Source: the human T2T-CHM13v2.0 reference genome, Homo sapiens. Taken from it: a stretch of DNA of 64,000 bases. This document shows, piece by piece, positions 27,588 through 40,622 of this stretch (positions are counted from its first letter, which is position 1; the number at the start of each line of letters is the position of its first letter). The notes under the pieces are model-generated. The model was not told the origin of the DNA. It made no database searches and saw only the letters and a list, made by a program, of their open reading frames with translations. The DNA is taken from NCBI RefSeq assembly GCF_009914755.1, contig NC_060934.1. One strand, given 5' to 3'. The position numbers and the translations under genes are program-made.

Positions 27588-27640
27588 GACACACACACAC
27601 ACACAAACACACACACAGACACAAAAACATGCACACACAT
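27588..27640. repeat. Interrupted (CA)n microsatellite
   Basis: Direct reading. Confidence 0.85.
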
Positions 27641-28683
27641 AAATGTCTATACACTATAAATATTTTTATGGACAATCTTCTGAAACACTATTAAACTATG
27701 AAGTATTTTGTTTGTTTTGTATATCATTTGAAAAATATATTAGTGAGAAGATAGACGTCTCAAAAGGAGACCAATGGTAAATGGTGAATTTTAGTAACAG
27801 AAAGTAAAGGATATAAGAAGAAAGCTTAGGGTGAGATGGTGAGGTGAATGTAACGCATCCCGGCTGGACAAAGCTGCCCTGTGGTCTCACTTGGCTACAA
27901 TTGCAAGATCCGAAATTCACTCTTAGCTAACGTCAGTGAACCCATGAAAAGCTTAGATTCTAGCGAAAAAGTATTCATTGTTTTGTCTTCATTCTTAGTT
28001 ATCTTTGCTAAAAGGAAAGGTTAGCTAAATCTAAAAAACATTTTCATAAACTAAAAATATATATTAAAAATATCTGTAATGGATATGAACACCATGTGTT
28101 ACCAAGGGTGGATCTCATTATATTATTTAGCACCCGATATAAAATAATTCAATAAAAAGTCTCTGGGCATTTAAATCTGAATCTAGCATTGACAAAGCAT
28201 GGATTAGCTCCAAAAGGGTCTAAAAGCTGATAAGCTCCAATCAAAGCAACAGCACGAAGTGGTGTGTTTCCACTTTGACCTGCCACGTGCTGACCTATCA
28301 TAACTGAAGTCAGCTGCTTTATTATAATTTCATAAAAACAAATGATGTGAACAACCCAATATCAGGTCTAAAAACCACATAGGCTGTTGTTTAAACCACA
28401 GCATTTTTTGAAGGAAATAAAAGGTCTGTATTTATTTCTAGAACACAGAAGCTACTGGGGTTTTAGCCAGAAACTCATCTGTAGTTAAAAGAGCAGCAGA
28501 AAGCTGATTCTTTAAGGACTTAGGGAGCACCTGTTTCACTGCGTCTTTGCTGTGAGAGTGTGGCTGGGAGACTCTGGCCCCTCCTCCATCTGCACGTCTT
28601 ACCAGCATCTGCTAGCGTTCTGCTTTCCAAGTTAGTCCATTAAGATTATTTCCTTATAAATCTTTTTTAAAAAATGTGTTCCT

Positions 28684-28973
<290 letters not shown>

Positions 28974-29639
28974 GTGTTCCTGTTATAACTAATTTACATT
29001 TTACCTCAGTGCAAATATTTGACATTTATTATGATTTCTTTTTATTTTTTAGACCAAAAAGTCTCATTCTGTGTATTTGTGCCATTAATGACTTCTTTTG
29101 AAAATTTGACCCAAAAGCTCAGAAATCAAAACCAGAACTTGTGTGAGGTCATAAACTTCAAAAGCACACGGATTTTGGCTACCTTATATCAAAAATACTC
29201 AAAGCATTGCTTGCCACATTGTCGGTGCTCAATGATTACTTGTTGAATGAACAATCCACCCAAATCCTTTAACTTCAAATCTTCCTGAAACCCGTGAACT
29301 TGGCCCTGCAGAAAGGGATGCAGGCACTTCAGTTCCCCTATCTTCCTGGGATGAGTTAAGTATTAGTAAACATCGTGAACAGCAGAGGCAGCCACATGCA
29401 CGTTTTGGAAAATTTATGTCAGTATTTATTACAATTAAGTATTTCCCAGTTGTTATGGCTCAAATAACATATTATAGCCAATCAGATCATTTGATCAGAA
29501 AAAACCACCACATTGATATAATTTATATAAAATAAAAGCAAGATAAAGAAGGATCTACTAGAGTTGACCTGCTACCAATAAGTATCACTCACCACAGGGC
29601 TTTCAAAATAGCGAATTAGCTCAAGGCCATCTCACCATA

Positions 29640-29790
29640 GACATTCACACACTCACGCACTCACACTCACACATTTACCCACAAACTCACATCCACACTC
29701 ACATGCACACACACTCACACTCCCTCACTCACACACCCACTCACACTCAGTATTCAGACACACATCCACACTCACACTCACACACACTCG
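29640..29790. repeat. (CACACT)n-like cryptic repeat
   Basis: Imperfect CACACTCACAC tract. Confidence 0.85.
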
Positions 29791-29934
29791 CCCCTTGGCT
29801 GTGAACCGCAGGCAGGTATGTTCTGGGTGAAGCGGGAGAGGCAGACGGCCTCCACACTGACCCCTCTAAGTCTAGGAAACCTCCACCCTGCGGCCCCCTC
29901 CTAATTAGCAATGACATCAGCATGAACGGATTCC

Positions 29935-30115
29935 CACTGTGTGCAAGCGCAGGGCCAAGAGGCCTGGGTGTTTATTCAGGTAATGCACCTAATAAACAGG
30001 AGGTAGGCACACATCTCCACTTTACACCTGGGGAAACTGAGGCACAGACACCCAAAGGCCATGGGACTGGTGAGCAGCAAAACTGGAATTTAAAACTCAT
30101 CTCTAATGGACTCTA
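29935..30115 (-). mobile_element. MIR fragment
   Basis: GGAGGTAGGCAC...CACTTTACACCTGGGGAAACTGAGGCACAGA core. Confidence 0.7.
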
Positions 30116-32804
30116 CTCTGCCTTCCCTATTTACGGTGCTACATTAAATAAGACATGCCATCAAACACAGAAAAAACAGATTTCTGCCTAAAGGGTGTTA
30201 ATGATGTTTTACATGAAAGGGCTGGAATTTCCCTTTTGCAGCGTTTTCAGTACAAAGTCTCTGCGCCTATAAACTTAGCCACCTGCAGATGGAAGGTGAA
30301 TGACTCATTTTTCCCCGCACTCACTTTCATACCAGATGAGGCAACTTCCAGTTACACTTGACGTGTTACATTTTCCCAGACTGGAGGGCTAGAGGCCACT
30401 CTTAGGTCAGGGTCACCTGGAGGGTGGCTGATGGTGGGGGGCTAGGGTTACTTCATGATTTCATCCCCCAAAAAACAAAAGCAACAGTGACGTCAGCTTC
30501 ACCAGTATGGGGAAATGAGTGAATAAGGTGGAAGAGGGAGCTGCCATGACCTGGGAGAGGCCAGGAAGAACTCAAGTCCTGCTGCGACGCGCGTCAGAAC
30601 CACGGACAGCTCCCGGTTCCCTATCCCTTAGGGCGCCTGGGCTTCATGACCACAAAGGTCCCTTCCAGCCTCCGCATGCAGCTCCAAAATCAAGTTTTTT
30701 TCTTTTTTTTCTGTACAGAGGCATTGGGGCTAATTTGCTGTCTCTGCAGAAACCCAATCCCAGATCTCTAATTCCAATCCTGAGAATGATTGGAGCCTGG
30801 GGAGTGACAGTGACAAGGTGCCTGGTGGATTAGGCTGGTCCCTAGAAAAGTGGATGCTACATTAGGTCAGTAATGTGAAAGTAGGGCGGTGTGATCTCCT
30901 CTCCCCAGGCTTCCTCATGGAGAGCTTCATTACCGAATCGCACGCAGCCCACACGGCTGTCTCCCGGCCCCACTCGGCCCAAGGTAAATAAAACTCCAGG
31001 TTATCTCAAAGGCAAGAGTGGAAGCAGCTAATGCGGGGAGATGGGGCATTCATTATGCCATTTACACGAGCTGAGGATAAATGATCAAATTCCCTCTGTC
31101 AACCACAAAGAGCTCAAGGATAATTTTTAAATGCAGGAAGTATTCCTCCAGGGCTTTTGTATTTTCTTCCTCCAGGCTGCAGCCGCATTTGCGAGTGTGC
31201 CAAGCTACGCCACTACTGATTTACTGCGCTGGGAACAGCACTCCATCAATGTCCCCGAGCTGCCATTGCCACCAAGCTCCCCCTGTCCCCGGGCGTCTTT
31301 CTTACAGAAGAAAATTATTCACTTGCTTGTATGTTACATGCAAAACAAACTATTTTTAGCTGCCTACATCTATCACCTCCCTTTGCTATCCAAGCTCGGT
31401 CGGGGGAGCAGGGAGAAGGAGAAGGACAAAGGAGAGGGGAATTCTCAAATGTTCTTTAAAAAAGCAAAACGTGCACATGCTGGTGGTGACACAGGTTATC
31501 ATCGGTGGTGACAGAGGAATGTGCAGGCTGTTCCCATTGCTGTCACATGAGCTTTGTCTTGTCCTGCCAGGCGCCTACGCGGAGTGGACAGTCAATGATG
31601 CTGGCGGAGCACAAGCAATTTTTCTTGTCTGTACAAGAAAGGCTCCATGGAGTCTCCTGCTGCTGATGCCTCTCACACTTGTAAGGAGGGTGGGAAGCCT
31701 TTCAAATGACTTTTCTGACCGAATGAGAGATTGCATTGGCACTGAATTCCTCTTCTTGAGGTTCTGGATTTTCACTTTGTTTTGTTAATGTTTAAATTTA
31801 TGACTCGAGATTTCACTCTCAAATAGTGATGGCTAGGGGCTCTTCCAGTGTGACTTTGTCACACTAATTTTCGCAAGCAGTTTTAAGAGTGCGTGTCACG
31901 CCTATACAAACACACAAAAAAGAGGTCGAGGTAGACTGTAGAATGCCAGCGTTTGGCTAAGGAGGGTGTTTATGTGGTCAGTGTATATAAAAGGAATGTT
32001 ATTTTGCAAAAATGCCAACGCATGGAAAACTGGTGTCAGAGAGGAGAATCAGTGGGTCCTGGGATTCTGGCAGGGGATCTGGCCCCCTTTGCAGGCGATG
32101 TGGGATGACACAGGGACCAAGGTTCTGAGCACTTAAGACGCTTCAGTCAGATTAGCCAATAGCACGATTCGCTCCATGCTCATTGTTGCATTGCTTACGC
32201 ATGCATGGCTATGGTACAGCCCACTGGATGGGCTCTAAAGCCTTAGGTGTGGCAGAATCCAAAAAGACTGATTCTATATGTCCCTACTGGGAGGTTAGAT
32301 GGACCAGGGTAGAGATGCATGCCAGCCCATCGACCTGGAGCCTGCACAGCTATGGAACTCCCACTGCCCCTGCAGTGCCATTGCCTAGCAGAAGTAAGGG
32401 GGATGCAACCACTTTGTTACTTCCACATAAAGCCTCTAACTTGACTTCTTGAAGTTTGCAAGAAGCAGCATCCACTTAAAGTCCAACTCTGATTGTGACA
32501 GCTTCCTCACCTGGTCTAAGGATGCCTCAGTCACACAAAACCAAAACTCACACCGGCAGTGTATTTAAACGTACATCTAAGCACTCCTCAGACCGGTTGG
32601 AGACTCTGTCACATCTAACCCAGCTCTGAGTCCATCCCTGGCACTTGACTGCCTCCCACCTCCCTGCCATCTACACCTCATCTCCATCACGAAACTCTGC
32701 AATGTTGAGCTGCCCCCTCTGCCTCTCCTCCTGGAGTTCACTTTAACGCCTATACTCCAATGCTTGGGATCTCTTCTTTTGCTCAAGACATCCCTTTTTC
32801 ATCC

Positions 32805-33090
32805 GTCATTCTTCTTCATTCATCAGGTTTATTCATTCATAAACTCAATCAGTCATTCCAGCACAGGGAAGGTGCGCTGTGAGGTGCTGTCTGTCCCTGC
32901 CTGGTGGAGCTCACCATCCTGCAGACATGAAACAGATAATGACAAATCACAACCAGAGTGGTGTTAGGAGACGTGTCCCAGGGACACATGAGGATGGCAC
33001 CCAGTCTGATGCAGAGAGGTCCAGGAAAGGCTCCCAGAGGGAAGATCCCCATGTGGACTCTACAAGGTGCACACAGGTGAGTTAGGGGCA
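32805..33090 (-). mobile_element. L2 3' fragment
   Basis: TTCATTCAT motifs followed by GTCCCTGCCTGGTGGAGCTCACCATC...CAGGAAAGGCTCCCAGAGG. Confidence 0.6.
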
Positions 33091-34272
33091 GCTTAAAACC
33101 CCTGAGGGATTTCCATTAGGACACACCCAGGTCTATCCACATGGCCCAAGTGCTCTGAAAATGATGTGTCCTGGGGTCCAGCCTAGCTCGTGACAGTTCC
33201 CTTTACTGCTGCCATCTTAGCCATGCTGGGCTTTGTCAAGCAGCAAAATGGCACGAAAGCTCAAGCCCCCATGCATACCCAGACCATGTGCATCTTGAGG
33301 GACTATTTTCTAGCCTGGGCTCTCTCTCTCTGCATGTTCTTGGCATCCTTTGAATCCACAAACAATGAACAGTGGTCTCATTGAATAGGAAGAGAGCAAA
33401 TCAGACATTGAAAGAAAAACTAATGGTGTGTGGGTCTTGATGACTATTGGGAAGGGCAGCGGCTTTAGCCGCTGGTGGGCGTGGCTGCACGGTGAACTCA
33501 CACTGCTGCCAATGCAGTCACAGAAGACAGTCAGGTTGACCCCACTGGCAGCAAAATGCCAATCTTTCCATCAAGATGAGAGCAGGGCTCTGGACTCAAA
33601 TCCGAACTTGCAACAGTCCCTTCTAGTCCTAAATTCTCTGCTCTTCACCATTTTGCTATATCTCAGACAACTCTCTCCCTTTTTGTTCATTTGTTTTCAC
33701 ATGTGGGAGGGGGTGTGTGATGTACTATTTGAGGTGCTGATGAACTCAGCAAAGACCCTGGAGATACACTGAGTGTGATTGCTGTGTGCTCACCACAAGA
33801 CACCAGCAACTGAGCATGCACCCTTGGTGCAGTCTTGCCAGTGCCTGCGTGCCTGCGACCAGCATGCAAGAGTTCCTCTGGATCCTAGAAATAAGGTGGC
33901 TGTCAGTGAGGGAGGCCAGTGTAAAAATGGAAAGGCCCCACCATTTTTGGGAGGATAAAATCCAAAGGAGAAAACTGTGTGCCGTGTTGCCACCAACACT
34001 CGCACGAGTTCCGTCCTCACTGCCAGTGTTATTCATTACAGTGCCTGCTGCTCTGGAGGCATAATTTAAAAAGATGCATTACTGCAGAGACCCTCCCCAA
34101 GATAAGTCAGTACTCTGAGGCTCTTTCACTTCAAAGTCTTTTTCCAGGAACGTTAGAAAGAAGAAAGTGCTTTAGAGTTCTTTGTAGAAACATAGACAAT
34201 TGCAGGATTGCATGAGTCACTATTTTCTGTTAGCTGTGATTTCTTCTACCATTGGCTCCTTATGAAAAAAAA

Positions 34273-34865
34273 GTGTGTGTGCATATATGTGTGCATGTAT
34301 ATGTGTGTGTGTGCACACGTGTGTCTATATATGTATGCGTATACATGTGCATACATGTGTGTGCATATATGTGTATACATATGTGTATACCTGTGTATAT
34401 ACATTTAAATATGTGTATATGTACGTGTGTATACTTGTGTATATACATGTGTATATATATGCCTGCATATATGCATGTATGTGTGTTTATGTGAGTATAC
34501 ATGTGTATATATATATCTGCATGTATGTGTGTGTATAGTGTGTGTATATATGTCTGTGTGGGGATATGTATTTATATGTGTGTGGATATATATGTGTGGG
34601 GGTATATGAGTATATATGTGTATGTGTGTATACATGTGTGTATGTGTGCATATATGTGTGTATATGCATGTATGTGCATGCACATGTGTATATATGTATG
34701 TGTGTATATGTTGTGTATGTGTGGTGTGTGTATATATGTGTATGCATGTGTATATGTGTCTGTGTATGCATGTGTGTATATGTGTATATATGCATGTGTG
34801 TATATGTGTATGTGTGTGTATGTGTGGTGTGTCTATATATGTATGTGTGTATGTATTATATATAC
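34273..34865. repeat. ~590-bp alternating purine-pyrimidine cryptic repeat (TG/TA/CA)
   Basis: TGTGTATATATGTGTGCATG-type tract. Confidence 0.95.
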
Positions 34866-37800
34866 AATTTTTAAATTTAGGGTATATCTCGAACTGGAGG
34901 CTCCAGTTTATGAGCCTGAAATGCCATTAAACTGGTGTGAGAAATTCTAATTGAGTGGATACATGTCTTCTCTGAGAGGGATAATTTAGGGAAATCCAAG
35001 AAGACTGCAGTTTAAAGCCACATAGACATGTTAGCAGAAAGTTTAGGAAACTGAAAACACATTTTTATAGTTTTAAAAAGCTTCTGTTTTCTTTTTTCTG
35101 AAGTGTAACATTTCTCTGGCTTCTGAACTTCTGCAGGTGATTACATGAAGTTTACACTGTATCTGTGCTGCACTTTCCCCTTTGCTTCCTAAAATAATTC
35201 ATCTTCCATAGTAACAGTCTCTTCAAAGCAGGATTTATCTCCAACCCTTTCACACACAACCAGGCACAAAGTCACGTTCTTTACCTTGAAGCTGGGACAC
35301 AGGAAGCGCCGTGAGCTTGATTTCCAGCCTCCTCCTCAAGCATCCCCAGGACCCTTCATAAACGGAATGAACTCGAGCTGGCTCAACTGCTTGTTTTAAA
35401 AGTGTGTTTTTTAGGAAATACTTGTTCTGCCATCTCCCCCATAGTTTTACAAAGTAAATCACGTTGTGCTTGGAATCTTCCCTGCCTACGCTCGAGAACT
35501 GTTCACTTAGAAAATAAACATGTGGGTAAGCATTGGTCCATACGTATATGCGATCAAGAGACCCTGGCCCCCGTGGAAACATGTTTTCAGGCAATCCAGC
35601 TCTGGTACTCTTTGAGCTGCCTTTCTATTTTAAGGCATGTTCAGAAGATGAATCTACCATTACGCTGACTAACGAAGTCTAGTCATAGCGATAGTGGTGT
35701 CTTAGCAGCAGAAGTGATGGTTGGTTAACTGAGCGTGTTTTAGACGCCATCTGCATTACAAAGTATCTTCCATGGGGTAGGCCATGGAGTCAGCACCACT
35801 GTTCTCGAGGGGCAGTCTCTAGCTCCTCATCTTACAAGGGCAACTGACGCTGACATTCAACAACTGGTGCAATGTCAGCTGCAGGCGAGTAGGTGGAGCA
35901 GGACCTACTCAGCACCAGGCGGGCTGCCCCTCCACAGTTTGCGGTGATAATAAGGCACTTTACAGAGGATGCTACCATACTTGGTATAGAAATCTTGAAA
36001 AAGTGGATGCTCCGGTGAAGCTCAGAGAGGCTGTGTGGGGTACCCGGGGTGCACAGGCACGGACCTCAGACGCAAACTCAACACATTCATGCCCATCTTT
36101 CCATTTATGTTTGGTTGGATCAGCCTAATTTGCTTGTATGGAATGAAATTCAGAAAAAAAAGAAGGATGATTTATTTTTACAGCCTTTGAAATGTCCTTA
36201 GTCATGTACTTGTACTTGGTTTGAAATCGTATCATAAATTGGAATCAGGGAATTTGAAGGGAATTTTCAAAGTCCCTTGTGACTCTTCATGTGCAATCTT
36301 CAGCATCGAGTATTCCCCAATTTTCCACAGGGGATACACTTTTCTATCATGATCTGGGCCCCTGTCCTGCCCTTCAGCCACAGTTCATCTTTCCTGACCA
36401 TTCTGTCCTATGATAACGTCTCCCTTTAATTTTCTCCGTGGCTCATTTGACAGCTAACCTGTGTCCACTTTTCTGTTTTAACAGCTAGCTTCTTTACACA
36501 AGGTATGGGTGTCTCAAATGTTTAGGCACATATGTGAAATTCTAATTGGTTGATTGCTTTGCCAGAAATGACCCTATAACCTGGGCCAGATTGCCAGATG
36601 GGCCAGAGTGTGCTCCAGTCGGTGGGATATGCCCCTGGGCCAGCCAGGGTGTATCTCAGCCAGACAGCCACAAGATGCAGTGCTGGACACCCCAGTCCTG
36701 AGTTGATGGAGCTGCTGACTTTCTGGGTTTCAGCTGTATCATCAGTAAGAGTGCTGTATCTATTCAGGCAGAGGAGATGGTCTCTCCAGCTCCACTAGAG
36801 ATCTTAGATCTGTGATGCACAGGTAATTACTCCTAAAATTACCTGAGACAATTTCTGAAATCATGAGGGAGTGGCTTCCTGAGGAGCGATGATTACACAA
36901 ACCCGGGAGGACCTGGAGGTCCTGCTTCTGTCACTGGCTGGGCTGCGTATCATACCTTTTCATAACTACAAACCCTCCCTGAAGGTCTTCCCAAGGTGAA
37001 ATATCCAAGAACAAGTAGACTGTATTTGCTCTTGCTGTTGTTCCCCATGGTGGACGCTTGCCATAAATATGGTGGTGGTGTCTGCAAGACTGGCTACGTT
37101 CATGACTGCTCTCACATGCTTTTCTGAAGCATAGATTAAGTGGCAGCTCTACAAAGAGTGAGATTTATAGCCTAGTTTATGTTTTTTGGGGGTAAGAAAT
37201 TCTTCAGTGTTTCTAGAAGCTACTTAACCTTGGTTGATGTCACTTAAAGGAGAGGAAAATTCTGGGTTTGCAAGGGGAGCCTCCTGGTGTTTTGAGTAGG
37301 TCAGCATCCACATTACCAGATGGTAAAGACACTTTGCTAGGACCTTTGACAAGCTAAGTACTCGAGGGGCTGTGATACTGAAGGGGGTGGAGAATGGAGG
37401 TGGCTCATAAATAATGTGGGGCTGGTAGGCTGCAGCCCAGACATGACCACAGCGCAGGGGAAACGCACCTCCGCCAGTCTTGGCGAACTTCACAGCACCT
37501 TCCCATACAAAAGTGGCAGATACTGATCTAACTGCATCAGAAGTCCTTGCTATCGGTCCGTGAAAGGTCTAAGTTAATCTGTCCCTTACTATCTTAAATT
37601 AAACGGGCACATGACTCCACCGACCGTCCACGAGGTCTTTCCTGGAGTGAAGCTTTAATTCTCTGTCCGCCCACTGCAGTCCCGGATAGGGGAGTAAGAA
37701 GGTCTGACAGTTAATGACACTTGAGGAAGATGTGCGTGCCTGGAGCTTCTCAGCAGTGGGACATTTGCCCCTAGCAGAGGGTCGAGGGACACTGGCAAAT

Positions 37801-40437
37801 GCTGACGTGGATGTAGCACGGTCACCAAAACCCCGCGTGTCCGAGATGGTGGAGCAGCTTTTCCCGGCTCATGTGAGGTCTGGCCAGCCACACAGCACCA
37901 GGCTGACTTTAGCAGCTTGGTCTCCCAAGCCGAGGCTATCTGAAGGACACCAGAGAGCTGCGTTTCTCCTTCTGTGCCAAGGTGAACACACAACGCTTCA
38001 GATGTTCCGCTCTCCCCTCGTGAGACAGACGGCCCGGCTTCTGTGTGGCTTTGGGGATGGGAGTGCCAGTCACTGGCCACAGAATGACAAATTGCCTCCC
38101 TGCCAATATCAGAGCAGGGACAGTTCTCGCCACAGCGTCCTCCAGATGGGCCCAATTAAACTATTAGCCAATGAGCAAGGTCTGATGGCTCCATTAGGAA
38201 CCCCCCTGTGCTTAAATAAACAGCTCAGAATACATAGTTTCTCCATCGAGCCCTGGCTCGGCGAAGGCCCCATCTGGGCAAGGTCTCCAAGGTTGGCCCT
38301 GGCGAGCCCCAGGGGGTGTTGGGGTGGCTGGGGCAGGCCGCCCTCCCTGGTTCTCAGGGTCCTGCAAGCCACACCGCAGTGGGTGATGTGAGAGAGGGGG
38401 CAGCACCCCCACCTGCCATGGCCAGGGCCAAGTTCTCCACCAGCTGCACCCCTTTGCTTGTGCACGCCTAGACAACCACACTCCCTGACTGGATGGAACT
38501 TCCAGAACCAGCCCCTGACCTCAGCACACTAGTCCCTTGCCAGCTGTCTTTCCCACATACAGAAATTTCAGGCCCGTGCTGTTTGGCTGTTCATCATTTG
38601 TAATTACTGCCAAGCAAGGGGCACATTTCGTGCAGAATAAATGAAGACAGCAGACAGCAAAGCGGGGCCTTACTGCCTGAGCGTGGTGGGCGTGACTCTC
38701 GGGGGGAGCGGGGGCTGCCTGCTTATGGGTGCTGCTTTCTCTCTGCCCGTGAAGGTGACCATCACACAGGCCCAGGGCCCCTCAGGGCTCTTCTCACCCC
38801 ACACGACCCAGGGTTGGTTCCCAGTGGGAGCAGAGCCTGCCCAGGAGAGACCGCTATCTCCACTGGTCCAGCTTACACAAAGATCCATCGAAAAGCATCA
38901 GTTCTTGAGAAAAACGACACTATAAATAAAATGGTTTTCAATACAGAGAGCTGGGCTCCATCAACCCTGCTGAGATCCTTGGGGACGGGGCTGCGACTTT
39001 CTCTTTGTGATTATGGTCACTGTATTCCAGTAATTTGGGTGAACTCTGATTGGCCATCCAATATCTTTGATGTTCTAGGAGGTCACACACTGCAAAAAGC
39101 AAAGCGGGTCTGTCCCCTGCTTGCTTCTATTGGGAGGGGCCACCTCACGCCCTGCAGCACAGCCCTGGCCAGTGACAGCTCAGCATGGCTGCCCAGTCTC
39201 AGCTTTTAACTGGGGCATCTGTTCTGCAAATGCTCCTGAGCACCCACTGTGCACCGGCCCTGCTAGGGACGTAGCAGTGACCAGGACTGCCAAGGCCCCT
39301 ACTGGGTTTAATTCATTCCGTGTAATCTCAGGCTGCTGCCAGCTCCCGGGAAGACCAAGCCATCTGTGCTCCTCCCGGGAGCATCCCACTTCCTTTCCAG
39401 AGCTCGGGGCTCACCTTTTGGATTCTGTCCTCCTACCACTGACATCTGCTCTTAGGGGAGGAAGAGAAACTTCCTCGGGGGGCAAATGAGAAATAGCTAA
39501 TTTGTGCGGTGTGCAAAAGAAAGTCATTGCTTGCTAGAATTGTTGCTATGATTTTTCCTTATTCATTAATTTCCTTTTGCTACTGGGTAGCATATTGTTG
39601 TTCTTGGTTTGTGTTGACCTTTTCAGTCCTCATGAAAACAAGCCGTCCTGAGGCAGGCCTTCTTTGCACAGGTCAGCATCAGCAAGGAAGGCTCATTACC
39701 CATTTTTAATGCAGTTAGATGGTGCTGAACTTGACTGTGTGCTTTCACTCCAAGATTTGCCCTCTTATCACCCCCCAAGACTAAGGTCTTGGCCTAGGAC
39801 TGATAAACAAACCAGCCGATCCGTGACAGTGATGGAAGGGTGCGTGTGTGCAGAGTTGGGGGGCATGCACGCTTTCTCTGCTCTACCCCTCTTCTGCCAA
39901 GGCCAGTGTCCTCCCTGAGATGCCAAGCCCCTCAGACGATGGAGGCCTCCTCCCCCCTGGGATCCTGATGACAACCATCTCAGGCACCCAATCACAGAGT
40001 GCTTGGAAATGGCCACTTAGAGCTTCCCTGCAAAAGGGTGGCTGATCCCAATGTGAGGCTGTTGTTGTCTCCAAGGGCCACCTTCCCGCGGAGGTGACTT
40101 GCACGAGGGTGTCAGCGTCCAGGGGAAATATGGGGCTGCTGCCACAGCCTAGAGACAGACAGGAGATGGCGAGGAGGGAGACTGGTGCCCAGGCGCTGGC
40201 TTGCCTGGGGTCCCAGTCATGGCAGAAGGACTTGGGGAGACAGCATGGAACAGGAATCCCTGCTCAGAGCTGCTGTTGAGACACAGAAAGAACCTCCCTT
40301 GCTGGTGTCTGGCAGAGGGTGTTGATGACAGTCCAGGGGCATGAAGAGGCTGGGGTTTGAGGCTGCTGTAGGCTCTGTGGGGTCCCAGGAATGTTGGGGG
40401 GCCCAGGAATGTGCCCACTTTCAATCTTGGTCAGCGC

Positions 40438-40622
40438 TCTCCACCCGACGCCTTGTGTGCCTGCAGAGCCGCAGTCTCCACCAGACGCCTCGTGTGCCTG
40501 CAGAGCCGCAGTATCCACCCCACGCCTCGTGTGCCTGCAGAGCCACAGTCTCCACCCAACGCCTTCTGTGCCTGCAGAGCCGCAGTGTCCACCCAACACC
40601 TTCTGTGCCTGCAGAGCCGCAG
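40438..40622. repeat. Minisatellite, 37-bp unit x 5
   Basis: CTGCAGAG at 40461, 40498, 40535, 40572 and 40609. Confidence 0.96.

Noticed and set aside
30488-30495. Perfect CRE palindrome TGACGTCA
   Set aside because: An isolated 8-mer with no promoter context; about one is expected by chance.
34252-34950. Cys/Val/Tyr- or His/Thr-rich ORFs (also 19059-19529, 20265-20655, 44949-45269, 56268-56980)
   Set aside because: Simple-repeat translations.
36820-36845. 9-bp inverted repeat CAGGTAATT...AATTACCTG (similar one at 35849-35879; 12-bp palindrome at 61579-61590)
   Set aside because: Several inverted repeats of this size are expected by chance in 64 kb.
37714-38391. 225-aa ORF
   Set aside because: No recognisable homology or exon structure; expected by chance in GC-rich sequence.
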